Below, piece by piece: positions 27,298-35,970 of a stretch of DNA of 64,000 nucleotides (position 1 is the stretch's first letter; each line of letters begins with the position of its first letter). The position numbers and the translations under genes were made by a program. The notes beneath the pieces are model-generated. The model made no database searches. It was given only the letters and a program-made list of their open reading frames with translations, and had not been told where the DNA came from. This DNA is from Candidatus Omnitrophota bacterium (GTDB lineage Bacteria; Omnitrophota; Gorgyraeia; JABMRG01; JAFGKX01): positions 1,755-65,754 of the forward strand of contig JAZDPX010000014.1 of assembly GCA_043797125.1 (NCBI GenBank). The letters run 5' to 3'.

Positions 27298-28671
27298 ATG
27301 CTGAAAAGTTTCCAAAATAAGGCAAAGGTTATTTTTGTCTTTGTGGTAGTTTTTTTTGCCTATAGCCGTGCCTTTTGCGCTCAAGAAGTGGACCAGACGC
27401 CAACTTTTTTAGAGACGATAAAGCGCGCATTCGGTATCGGCCATATAGTAGAATATTACGAGCAGAAAAAAATACTGTCAAAAGAGAGCTCTTCCTATGC
27501 CCACTATATAATGGGCATAGTATATGCCAATCAGAACCAGCTGGAAGAGGCAAAGCAAGAGCTTTTACAGGCTAAAGAATTAGCCCCCAGGGAAACAGAC
27601 ATATATCTTAAACTGGCTGCCGTATGCATACGGCAGGACCAGACTGACGAGGCAATAGGGTATATTGATGAAATAAAAAAAATAGACCCAAGCGATATAA
27701 GGGCCGCTTTTTTGCAGGGCCTGCTTTATATATCTAAAAAAGACTGGACAAAGGCGACGGATGAATACGAGAAAATCGTTAAGACGTATCCGCATAATAT
27801 AGCCGCCCTTTCGTCTTTGGCCGATATTTACATAATCGGCGATAAACTCGAAGAGGCAATCAGCGTATACGAAAAATTAATTGAAGAAAAACCCGAAGTG
27901 CCCCAGCTTTATTTTAACCTGGGCATAATTTATATAAAATTAGGAAAGCTTGATAAGGCCATAGAAGTATTTAAGCAGGCAACAAAGGCGGATACATCCT
28001 ATACAGACGCTTATATATTTTCCTCAGGGCTTTTGATTGAGGCAGGCAAGGCCAGCGAGGCAATAGCTTTTATTAACGAAGGCATTGATGCAAACCCTGA
28101 AGATACGCGCCTTTTGTTTTTTCTGGGAAGCTGCCTTTATGAAACGAAAGATTATTCAGAGGCGCTAAAGCCTTATAACAAAATATTGAAACTGCAGCCT
28201 GATAACGCGGATGCGTATTTTTATTTAGGCGTTATTTACGACAAGGCCAAAGACAGGCCCGCTGTTAAGGAAAACATGCGCAAGGTAATTGAGCTTGAGC
28301 CTGATAATGACGCGGCATTGAATTATTTAGGCTATACGTACGCGGAAGACTCTGAAAACTTAGACCAGGCAATAAAACTTATAAAAAAGGCCCTTAAGAT
28401 ATCGCCTAATAACGGGGCTTATATTGACAGCTTGGGCTGGGCGTATTATAAAAAGGGCCAGAAGGAAAAGGCCGTTAGTCTCCTTGAAAAAGCAGCCGGC
28501 ATTTACGGCGATGACCCTGTAATATACGACCATTTAGGTGACGCCTATTACAGCCTGGATAAAACAAGCGAAGCAAATGAAGCGTGGGAAAGATCATTAA
28601 AGATAGACCCGCAACAACAGAGCGTAAAGGAAAAAATTTCACAACATAAGACTAAAAAGGAAAAACAATGA
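27298..28671 (+). CDS. Exported tetratricopeptide-repeat protein
   Basis: Signal-like N-terminus; tandem TPRs (ALNYLGYTYAE, YIDSLGWAYYK, IYDHLGDAY). Confidence 0.9.
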   Translation: MLKSFQNKAKVIFVFVVVFFAYSRAFCAQEVDQTPTFLETIKRAFGIGHIVEYYEQKKILSKESSSYAHYIMGIVYANQNQLEEAKQELLQAKELAPRETDIYLKLAAVCIRQDQTDEAIGYIDEIKKIDPSDIRAAFLQGLLYISKKDWTKATDEYEKIVKTYPHNIAALSSLADIYIIGDKLEEAISVYEKLIEEKPEVPQLYFNLGIIYIKLGKLDKAIEVFKQATKADTSYTDAYIFSSGLLIEAGKASEAIAFINEGIDANPEDTRLLFFLGSCLYETKDYSEALKPYNKILKLQPDNADAYFYLGVIYDKAKDRPAVKENMRKVIELEPDNDAALNYLGYTYAEDSENLDQAIKLIKKALKISPNNGAYIDSLGWAYYKKGQKEKAVSLLEKAAGIYGDDPVIYDHLGDAYYSLDKTSEANEAWERSLKIDPQQQSVKEKISQHKTKKEKQ

Positions 28672-29495
28672 CAACGCAGGATAAGGCAAAGATTGATGAT
28701 CTTAAAAAGACAGCGAAACAAATCAGGATAGATATTTTAAAGATGCTTACGCAGGCAGGCAGCGGGCACACGGGTGGCTCGCTTTCATGCGTGGAAATAA
28801 TTTTAAGTTTGTACGCGTGCGTGCTGCGGCATGACCCGAAAAACCCGAAATGGAATGACAGGGACAGATTCGTCCTTTCAAAAGGCCATGGCTGTCCCAC
28901 GCTTTACGCTGTGCTTGCGCATTTCGGATATTTTCCTAAACAGGAGCTTGCAACTTTAAGAAAATGCGGCTCATGCCTGCAGGGGCATCCGCAATACGGG
29001 CTTCCCGGGCTGGAGGCCTCGACAGGATCTTTGGGCATGGGTTTATCCATTGCAAACGGCATGGCCCTGGCAGCAAGGCTGGATAATAAAAAAGAAGTAA
29101 GGATATATTGTTTAATGGGCGACGGAGAAACAAACGAAGGCCAGGTCTGGGAAGCGGCAATGACAGCCTCTCATTATAAGCTGGACAACCTGTGCGCGAT
29201 AATAGATTTTAATAAGCTGCAGATAGACGGGTTTTTGCGCGACGTTGTAAATATCGAACCGATAAAAGAAAAATGGTGCGCTTTTGGCTGGGATGTCCTT
29301 GAAATAGACGGGCACAATATCGGTCAGTTGTTAGATGCATACGATAAAGCCAAAACCATAAAACAAAAACCCTGCATTATATTGGCGCATACAATAAAAG
29401 GCAAAGGAGTTTCATTTATAGAAAACAGAGCAGAATGGCACGGCATAGCGCCGAAGCCGGAACAATTGGAAAGAGCATTGAAAGAGCTACAATAG
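28668..29495 (+). CDS. Transketolase, N-terminal (ThDP-binding) subunit
   Basis: GSGHTGGSLS, RDRFVLSKGH, TGSLGMG, GDGETNEG, HTIKGKG. Confidence 0.93.
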   Translation: MTTQDKAKIDDLKKTAKQIRIDILKMLTQAGSGHTGGSLSCVEIILSLYACVLRHDPKNPKWNDRDRFVLSKGHGCPTLYAVLAHFGYFPKQELATLRKCGSCLQGHPQYGLPGLEASTGSLGMGLSIANGMALAARLDNKKEVRIYCLMGDGETNEGQVWEAAMTASHYKLDNLCAIIDFNKLQIDGFLRDVVNIEPIKEKWCAFGWDVLEIDGHNIGQLLDAYDKAKTIKQKPCIILAHTIKGKGVSFIENRAEWHGIAPKPEQLERALKELQ

Positions 29496-29501
29496 TTGAA
29501 G

Positions 29502-29601
29502 ATCCCTCGGCCTTCCCTCGCTTTCGCTCGGGACATGTCGGCCTCGGGATTAAATTCGGACATATAACTTAGCTTCACTTCTCGTTCGCTAAGTTATGTC
29601 C
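29502..29601. repeat. Nested palindromic elements
   Basis: atccctcggcc...ggcctcgggat (29502-29550) enclosing tccctcgctttcgctcggga, followed by the hairpin ggacatataacttagc...gctaagttatgtcc (29558-29601). Confidence 0.65.
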
Positions 29602-29616
29602 TCATTTAAGGAGATA

Positions 29617-31242
29617 ATGTATATGTTAATACACAGGAAGATAAAATTGTTTTTCATGGAACACTGGGTAAAAATCTTGGTGATTTTCGCGACGATTTTT
29701 CTTATCGCGGCGGCAATTTATGGTTTAAGCACGCTGGAATCATTTTACAGGCAAATGACCCTTGCTACCTTGCCGCTTCAGTTTCTTATGGTGGCAATTA
29801 ACGCTCTTATATTTGTCTATATGTATATGACGGTATTCAGGGGCGGTTTCGCGAAAATGGACAAAAAGGCCATAAAAGGGGAAAAGGTGCAGGTCCGTTT
29901 CTCCGATGTAGTAGGAATAGATGAGGCTAAAAAAGAGGCGTGGGAAGTTGTTGAATTAATAAAGGACAGAAAGCGCCTGCAGCAGATAGGGGGAAAGGTA
30001 ATAAGGGGTATTATGATGATGGGGCCTCCGGGCTGCGGCAAGACCTATCTTGCAAAGGCAATAGCGACGGAATCCGGCATTCCTTTTATATCCATGTCAG
30101 CCAGCGAATTCACGGAGATTTTTGTAGGCGTCGGCGCAAGCAGGGTGAGAAAACTTTTTAAGCAGGCAAGGCGTCTGGCGGAGGCGCATGGCGGCTGCAT
30201 AATTTTTATTGACGAGCTTGACGCGATAGGAAGGCAGCGTTCTTTCAGTTATCTGGGCGGAGGAATGGAAACAAATACCACGCAGAACCAGCTGCTTGTC
30301 GAGATGGACGGGTTAAAGGAAAAGGACCAGAATGTTATTGTAATAGGGGCGAGCAACGCGCAGGAAGAAGTGTTTGACCCTGCACTGCTGCGCCCGGGGA
30401 GGTTTGACAGAAAGGTTTATATAGACAAACCTAATGTCGAAGGCAGGCAAAAGCTGTTTGAATATTATCTTAGCAAGGTGAAATATGACAAGGCCCTTGA
30501 TATAGGCAGGCTTTCCAGAAAGTCGGTGCACAAGTCTCCCGCCGATATTATGAATATTGTAAAGGAGTCGGCGCTGATAGCCACGCGCAATAAAAGAGAT
30601 GAGGTGACGCAGAAAGATTTGAGCGAAGCCATTGAAAGAATAGACTTAGGCATAAAGCACGACAGGAGAATGACTCCCCGCGAAAGAGAAATGACAGCTT
30701 TTCACGAATCGGGCCATTTGGTGATGCTTTATCTTATTCACCCGACGGATGATGTATTTAAGGCTTCAATAGTGTCGCGCGGGTCTGCCTTAGGAGTGGT
30801 GCATCATCAGCCAAGAGAAGAGCTTTATACGCACAGCAAGGAAAAACTTCTTGCGGATATAAAGGTATCCTTAAGCGGTTTTATAGCAGAGAAGATAAAA
30901 TTTAAGACAACCTCAAGCGGAGTGGCCTCGGATTTTCAAAATGCCATGAGGCTGGCGCATTTAATGGTATGGAAGCTCGGCATGGGTACATCCGGGCTCG
31001 TGGGAGACTATACGGCGCTTCCCGAGACAAATGTTTCGGAGGATGTTAAAAAGAAATTAAACGACGAGACCCAGGCGATTTTGCAAACATGCTGCAAGGA
31101 TGTAGAGGATGTGCTTAAAAAGGAATGGAATATTGTCGAGAGGTTTACAAAGGAGCTTTTAGAAAAAAAAGAACTGGAATACGACGAAATAGAAGCGATA
31201 TTTAAGGAATACAACAAGAAAAGCATGAAGGATGAAATATAA
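29617..31242 (+). CDS. FtsH-like membrane AAA+ zinc metalloprotease paralog with almost no periplasmic domain
   Basis: Two closely spaced TM helices; Walker A GPPGCGKT, Walker B IIFIDELD, SRH DPALLRPGRFDR, HESGH zinc motif. RBS aaggag favours a start at 29617 or 29623. Confidence 0.88.
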   Translation: MYMLIHRKIKLFFMEHWVKILVIFATIFLIAAAIYGLSTLESFYRQMTLATLPLQFLMVAINALIFVYMYMTVFRGGFAKMDKKAIKGEKVQVRFSDVVGIDEAKKEAWEVVELIKDRKRLQQIGGKVIRGIMMMGPPGCGKTYLAKAIATESGIPFISMSASEFTEIFVGVGASRVRKLFKQARRLAEAHGGCIIFIDELDAIGRQRSFSYLGGGMETNTTQNQLLVEMDGLKEKDQNVIVIGASNAQEEVFDPALLRPGRFDRKVYIDKPNVEGRQKLFEYYLSKVKYDKALDIGRLSRKSVHKSPADIMNIVKESALIATRNKRDEVTQKDLSEAIERIDLGIKHDRRMTPREREMTAFHESGHLVMLYLIHPTDDVFKASIVSRGSALGVVHHQPREELYTHSKEKLLADIKVSLSGFIAEKIKFKTTSSGVASDFQNAMRLAHLMVWKLGMGTSGLVGDYTALPETNVSEDVKKKLNDETQAILQTCCKDVEDVLKKEWNIVERFTKELLEKKELEYDEIEAIFKEYNKKSMKDEI

Positions 31243-32098
31243 TAAATTTCCCTCCTACATCGCGCTTTGTGTTTTTATTTCGCTCTCTTTGCAGGGATGC
31301 GCTCCGACATATCCAAACGAAGCAGATATGATAAAAGGCGTAAAGCGCCTTTGCAAGGAAGAATATGGCGTTGATGTAACGGCAAATGTTTCAGGCGCGA
31401 CCTTGGGCGTGCACATGCCTATTAAAGGGCTTTTTAATTTGGAGACCATGCAGCTTTCCAAGCAAGCGCTTGATAAAGTAGACGGGGTAATGCTTAGCGT
31501 TTCAAGGGTGGCGTTGAGCGGAAGCGAAAAAATAGATTTTTATACGGTTGTGACAGCGGACGAGGATGTCACAGGCGCGGAAGTTATTTTGACCAGGTAT
31601 GTAAAGGATTTGCGCAGGTATATGTTTCATGATATATCTAGGGGCGAGTTTGCAAAGCGCATGATAATTGATGTGAGGTTTAACCCGCAGGCAATACTTG
31701 ACAAGTGGTCCGGCCAATTTACGGTTGAAGAGGTAACATTAGACGGTTTTATATGCCAGCAGGCATCCCGCAGGATAACAGAGGAATTCCAGACAAATAA
31801 GGATTTAGCCGGAAAGTTTAAAGTCGCGGAATGCGCGGGCGCGCTTAAAAATAGAGTCTTTGTTTTTAACGTGGATATAGCAAGAGAAGGCCTGCCCATG
31901 AGCGAAATGATTCACGGGAAGGCCTGGCACACAGGCGTGTTATTATTCTGCGCAAAAACCATAACACATGTTTTATGGGCATATTCTTTCAAGGATTTTG
32001 ACAAAATCGTAATAGCGAATAAATTTGACAGTAAAACCCTGGAAATAGATAAAAAAGACGCAAACCATTGCAGGAAGGGGAAAGTTAAAATTGAATAA
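31232..32098 (+). CDS. Hypothetical lipoprotein
   Basis: Lipobox-like LQGC after a hydrophobic stretch; overlaps both flanking genes (translational coupling). Confidence 0.75.
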   Translation: MKYNKFPSYIALCVFISLSLQGCAPTYPNEADMIKGVKRLCKEEYGVDVTANVSGATLGVHMPIKGLFNLETMQLSKQALDKVDGVMLSVSRVALSGSEKIDFYTVVTADEDVTGAEVILTRYVKDLRRYMFHDISRGEFAKRMIIDVRFNPQAILDKWSGQFTVEEVTLDGFICQQASRRITEEFQTNKDLAGKFKVAECAGALKNRVFVFNVDIAREGLPMSEMIHGKAWHTGVLLFCAKTITHVLWAYSFKDFDKIVIANKFDSKTLEIDKKDANHCRKGKVKIE

Positions 32099-33047
32099 AC
32101 AGGACAAGAGCACCTGGAAGGGCACCAGAGACGGTTATGGCAAAGGGTTGCTTGAGCTGGGTGAGAAAAATAAGAATGTTGTGGTATTAAGCGCGGACCT
32201 TACTGAATCGACGCGCGCAAACTGGTTTAAGGAAAAATTTCCTGAAAGGTTTTTTAGTTTCGGAGTTGCGGAGCAGAATATGATTTCAACCGCGGCAGGA
32301 TTCGCGCTTTCAGGCAAAATTCCTTTCTGCTGCAGCTTTGGAGTATTTGCTTCAGGAAGGGCGTGGGAGCAGGTGCGCACATCCGTTGCTTATATGAACC
32401 TGAACATAAACATAGGCGGCACTCACGGCGGTATTTCTGTCGGGCCTGACGGCGCTACGCACCAGGCGTTAGAAGAAATAACCCTCATGAGAGTGCTGCC
32501 GTATATGAGCGTTGTCGTGCCATGCGACGCCACAGAAGCCAGAAAAGCAACAGTTGCCTCAGCAGCAATTGACGGGCCTGTTTACCTCAGGCTTAGTAGG
32601 GAGCAATTGCCTGTTATTACGAAAGAAGATGATCCTTTTGAAATAGGTAAGGCAAATATATTGAAAAACGGAACTGATGTAACCATAATAGCCTGCGGCA
32701 TTATGGTGTATCAAGCGCTGCTTGCAGACGAAATCCTGCAAAAAGACGGGATAAATGCCGCTATTATAAATTTACATACAATAAAGCCTTTGGATAGGAA
32801 AACTATCATAAGCTCTGTATCAAAAACAAGAGCGGTAGTTACTTGCGAGGAGCATTTAATTGCCGGTGGCATGGGTTCCGCAGTTTCCGAATTACTTGCG
32901 CAGGAATTGCCTTTGCCAGTTGAAATGATAGCTGTAAGAGACAGGTTTGGTGAGTCCGGCGACCCGTGGAAACTTATGGAAAAATTCAATCTTACGCCGG
33001 AGGATATTGTCGCTGCCTGCAAGAGAGCTATTAAGCGAAGGCAATGA
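32091..33047 (+). CDS. Transketolase, C-terminal subunit
   Basis: TRDGYG, LSADL..ST, GVAEQNM, GPDGATHQ..E, GPVYLRL, HTIKPLD, EEH...GGMG. Confidence 0.93.
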   Translation: MNKQDKSTWKGTRDGYGKGLLELGEKNKNVVVLSADLTESTRANWFKEKFPERFFSFGVAEQNMISTAAGFALSGKIPFCCSFGVFASGRAWEQVRTSVAYMNLNINIGGTHGGISVGPDGATHQALEEITLMRVLPYMSVVVPCDATEARKATVASAAIDGPVYLRLSREQLPVITKEDDPFEIGKANILKNGTDVTIIACGIMVYQALLADEILQKDGINAAIINLHTIKPLDRKTIISSVSKTRAVVTCEEHLIAGGMGSAVSELLAQELPLPVEMIAVRDRFGESGDPWKLMEKFNLTPEDIVAACKRAIKRRQ

Positions 33048-33925
33048 AATCCACTATAATCAAGGCTCCTGCCAAAGTTAACCTATACCTTGACGTAATC
33101 AACAAACGCCCAGATGGCTACCACAACATAGAAACAATATTCGAGCGAATAGACCTATGCGACTGGATAAAGATAGCTGTTATTCCAAAAGATATTAAGG
33201 TTGAATGCGCCCCATGTTTTTGCAAAAACTTGGCTGATAATACCGCATTTAAGGCTGCCAAAGTTTTACTCGAAAGACATAACATAAGATGCGGCTTTAG
33301 GATACAGATAGATAAACGCATACCTATAGCAGCTGGGCTTGGCGGCGGAAGCTCCAATGCTGCCAGCGTGCTTTTAGGAATCAATAATCTGCTTAATTTG
33401 GGTTTAAACAGAGACAATTTAATAAAACTAGCTGCAGCAATAGGCGCTGATGTGCCGTTTTTTGTTTCCCAATACAGCCGCGCCTTTGCAGCAGGCATAG
33501 GGGATGAACTTTCTCTCTTAAAACAAGGGCAAAAAACGCATTTTTTACTGGTAAAACCAGCTATTAAAATACTTACTTATAGTGTATATAATAAATTAGA
33601 CCTTATATATGCTAAAAAACCTAAAATATCCTTGACAAAGCTTGGGGGCAATGCTAATATATTCTCCCATTATTTGCGTGGACTGACAGCCAGTGAGATG
33701 CAAAATGCTTTATATAATAAACTGGAAGAGGTTGTTTTGCCTTCATACCCTGTATTACGCGGCATAAAGAAGGCACTCAAGACCGCAGGGGCTGAAGGCA
33801 TTCTTGTCTCTGGCAGCGGTTCAACCGTTTTCGGAACATTTACCAGCAGAAAGGAGGCTGCAAGGGCAGAGGGAATATTACGTAAAAAGGGCAATTGGGA
33901 ACTTTTTTTAGCCACAAGCTACTAA
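33044..33925 (+). CDS. ispE: 4-diphosphocytidyl-2-C-methyl-D-erythritol kinase
   Basis: APAKVNLYL...RPDGYHNIET, KRIPIAAGLGGGSSNAA, GADVPFF, SGSGSTVF. Confidence 0.95.
   Translation: MKSTIIKAPAKVNLYLDVINKRPDGYHNIETIFERIDLCDWIKIAVIPKDIKVECAPCFCKNLADNTAFKAAKVLLERHNIRCGFRIQIDKRIPIAAGLGGGSSNAASVLLGINNLLNLGLNRDNLIKLAAAIGADVPFFVSQYSRAFAAGIGDELSLLKQGQKTHFLLVKPAIKILTYSVYNKLDLIYAKKPKISLTKLGGNANIFSHYLRGLTASEMQNALYNKLEEVVLPSYPVLRGIKKALKTAGAEGILVSGSGSTVFGTFTSRKEAARAEGILRKKGNWELFLATSY
33632..33660 (+). promoter_or_regulatory. Internal sigma70 promoter within ispE
   Basis: TTGACA-17 nt-TAATAT with TG extended -10. Confidence 0.55.
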
Positions 33926-33969
33926 ATAACAGGAAGTGCAGCTAAAAGAAAAAAGGAGTATATTTTGCT

Positions 33970-34422
33970 ATGGAGATTACAGAGGTAAAAATTTTCTTAA
34001 AGGATTCCGTGGATAAAAAGCTTAAAGGCTTTGCGACAATAACCTTTGATAACGCGTTTGTTGTGAGAAATGTGAAGCTTATCGAAGGCAGCAAAGGGCT
34101 TTTTGTCGCCATGCCTTCGCGCAAAATGAGACAGTCCTGCCCTAAATGCGGATTTAAAAATGCCATAAGGAGCAGATTCTGCAATCAGTGCGGAGCAGCA
34201 ATAGACGCACCGCCGCCGCAGGAAAGGATAGATCCTGCCGATAAATCAGCCCGTCAATCAGAGCACAGGGACATAGCGCATCCTATAACCTCGGAATTCA
34301 GAGAGTACATCCAGAAAAAGGTTATAGAGGCATATGATAAAGAAAAGACAATGCCGCCGGTCTCAAGAACCGCGCCTCGTTCGCAAGATGTGCATCATGA
34401 TTTGGAAGACGATATAGATTAG
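33970..34422 (+). CDS. spoVG: SpoVG family protein with zinc-ribbon insertion
   Basis: MEITEVKI...LKGFATITFDNAFVVR...GLFVAMPSRK [CPKC...CNQC] ...DIAHPI. Confidence 0.9.
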   Translation: MEITEVKIFLKDSVDKKLKGFATITFDNAFVVRNVKLIEGSKGLFVAMPSRKMRQSCPKCGFKNAIRSRFCNQCGAAIDAPPPQERIDPADKSARQSEHRDIAHPITSEFREYIQKKVIEAYDKEKTMPPVSRTAPRSQDVHHDLEDDID

Positions 34423-34430
34423 AATTTTTT

Positions 34431-34521
34431 TGGCGGATTGTGTAACGGTAGCACAACGGCCTTTGGAGCCGTTTGCGGTGGTTCGAATCCCTGCCTGCCG
34501 GCAGGCAGGCACCTCCGCCAG
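34431..34521 (+). pseudogene. tRNA-Gln(UUG) duplicate interrupted by a 20-bp palindrome
   Basis: Matches the copy at 34589 apart from 2 substitutions and cctgcctgccggcaggcagg inserted at 34490-34509 in the 3' strand of the T-stem; no encoded CCA. Confidence 0.8.
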
Positions 34522-34588
34522 TTGTGCATCAAACTATTTTGAAATTTTTAGAAGAAAACCGCGCTAATAAATAAAATATTTTGTTTAT

Positions 34589-34662
34589 TGGCGGATGGTG
34601 TAACGGTAGCACAACGGCCTTTGGAGTCGTTTGCGGTGGTTCGAATCCACCTCCGCCAGCCA
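34589..34662 (+). tRNA. tRNA-Gln (anticodon TTG)
   Basis: Acceptor tggcgga/tccgcca, anticodon arm acggc-ctTTGga-gtcgt, T arm ggtgg-ttcgaat-ccacc, encoded CCA. Confidence 0.95.
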
Positions 34663-34677
34663 ATATTAGGAAAAATA

Positions 34678-35919
34678 ATGCAGAAGTGTTCGTTTTGTTC
34701 AAGAGATAAGACAAAGGTCAACAAGCTTTTTAGCGGCCCCGGAGCATATATTTGCGATCATTGCGTAAAACTTTGCACCCAGATTTTAGCAAAAGAGCAG
34801 CGCGACACAAAAGCGCCTGAACCATTTTTACTGAAAGAGACGCCAAAGCCGACCGCCATTAAAAAGAAATTAGACGAGTATGTTATCGGCCAGGAACGCG
34901 CAAAAAGGCAGCTTTCCGTAGCCGTTTATAACCACTATAAAAGGATTACATCCAAAGAATCAACGCCTGATTTAGACGATGTAGAGCTGGAAAAGTCAAA
35001 CGTCCTTCTGATAGGCCCAACAGGAAGCGGGAAAACTCTGCTTGCCAGGACCCTTGCGCGTATCCTTGAAGTGCCGTTTGCGATATGCGATGCTACGCCT
35101 CTTACCGAAGCAGGTTATGTCGGAGAGGATGTGGAAAATGTGCTTTTGAGGCTTTTACAGAGCTGTGATTACGATACGAATAAAGCGCGTTACGGTATAG
35201 TTTATATTGATGAAATAGATAAAATCGGAAAGACCCATGACAACGTTTCTATTACAAGAGATGTTTCCGGAGAAGGAGTGCAGCAGGCGCTCTTAAAGAT
35301 ATTGGAAGGCACCGTTGCCAATGTGCCGCCTAAAGGCGGCAGGAAACACCCGCATGAAGAATATATAAAAGTAGACACAACAGATATATTATTTATATGC
35401 GGCGGGTCTTTTAACGGCTTGGATAGAATCATAAAGAAAAGGCTTGGTAAACAGTCAATAGGTTTTCATGCCGGCTTAAGCCAGTACAAGGAAAAGGCTC
35501 TCGGAGAAATCTTAAGCCACGTTGAGCCGGAGGACCTGCTTAAATTCGGGATGATACCGGAATTTATCGGCCGGTTTTCCACCATATCGACCCTTTATCC
35601 TTTAGACAAAGATGATTTAATCAGGATCTTAGTCGAACCAAAAAATTGCCTTACAAAACAGTACAAGAAATTTTTCGCAATGGACGGCGTAAAGCTGCAA
35701 TTTGAAGAAGCGGCATTGAAAGAAATAGCGGAAATGGCCCATAAAAAACAGACAGGCGCAAGGGCCCTTCGCTCGATTTTAGAAGAGATAATGCTTGAGA
35801 CGATGTATGAGATGCCTTCGCACGAAGATGTTGCTGCGTGTGTCGTTGATAAAGACAGCGTTATTAGTAAAAGCAGGCCGAAACTTGTGCTTAAGAAAGG
35901 CGTAAAGAAAGTGGCTTAA
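34678..35919 (+). CDS. clpX: ATP-dependent Clp protease ATP-binding subunit ClpX
   Basis: CSFC...ICDHC zinc finger, [32 protein letters not shown] loop; real start is ATG 34678. Confidence 0.96.
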   Translation: MQKCSFCSRDKTKVNKLFSGPGAYICDHCVKLCTQILAKEQRDTKAPEPFLLKETPKPTAIKKKLDEYVIGQERAKRQLSVAVYNHYKRITSKESTPDLDDVELEKSNVLLIGPTGSGKTLLARTLARILEVPFAICDATPLTEAGYVGEDVENVLLRLLQSCDYDTNKARYGIVYIDEIDKIGKTHDNVSITRDVSGEGVQQALLKILEGTVANVPPKGGRKHPHEEYIKVDTTDILFICGGSFNGLDRIIKKRLGKQSIGFHAGLSQYKEKALGEILSHVEPEDLLKFGMIPEFIGRFSTISTLYPLDKDDLIRILVEPKNCLTKQYKKFFAMDGVKLQFEEAALKEIAEMAHKKQTGARALRSILEEIMLETMYEMPSHEDVAACVVDKDSVISKSRPKLVLKKGVKKVA

Positions 35920-35920
35920 C

Positions 35921-35962
35921 AGTGTTAAGTGTTAAGTGTAAAGTGTAAAGTTTTAAGCGTAA
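35921..35962 (+). repeat. Heptamer tandem repeat AGTGT(T/A)A x6
   Basis: agtgtta agtgtta agtgtaa agtgtaa agtttta agcgtaa between clpX and glmU. Confidence 0.8.
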
Positions 35963-35970
35963 GGTTTAAA

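Noticed and set aside
34431-34662. Prophage or island attL/attR at tRNA-Gln
   Set aside because: The whole tRNA is duplicated with only about 67 bp between copies; there is no integrase or cargo.
34588-34677. N-terminal extension of ClpX in the ORF track
   Set aside because: It is the tRNA-Gln gene read in frame; the real start is ATG 34678. Similar over-extensions apply to hisG, glmU, lpxI, rpsB, tsf and archease.
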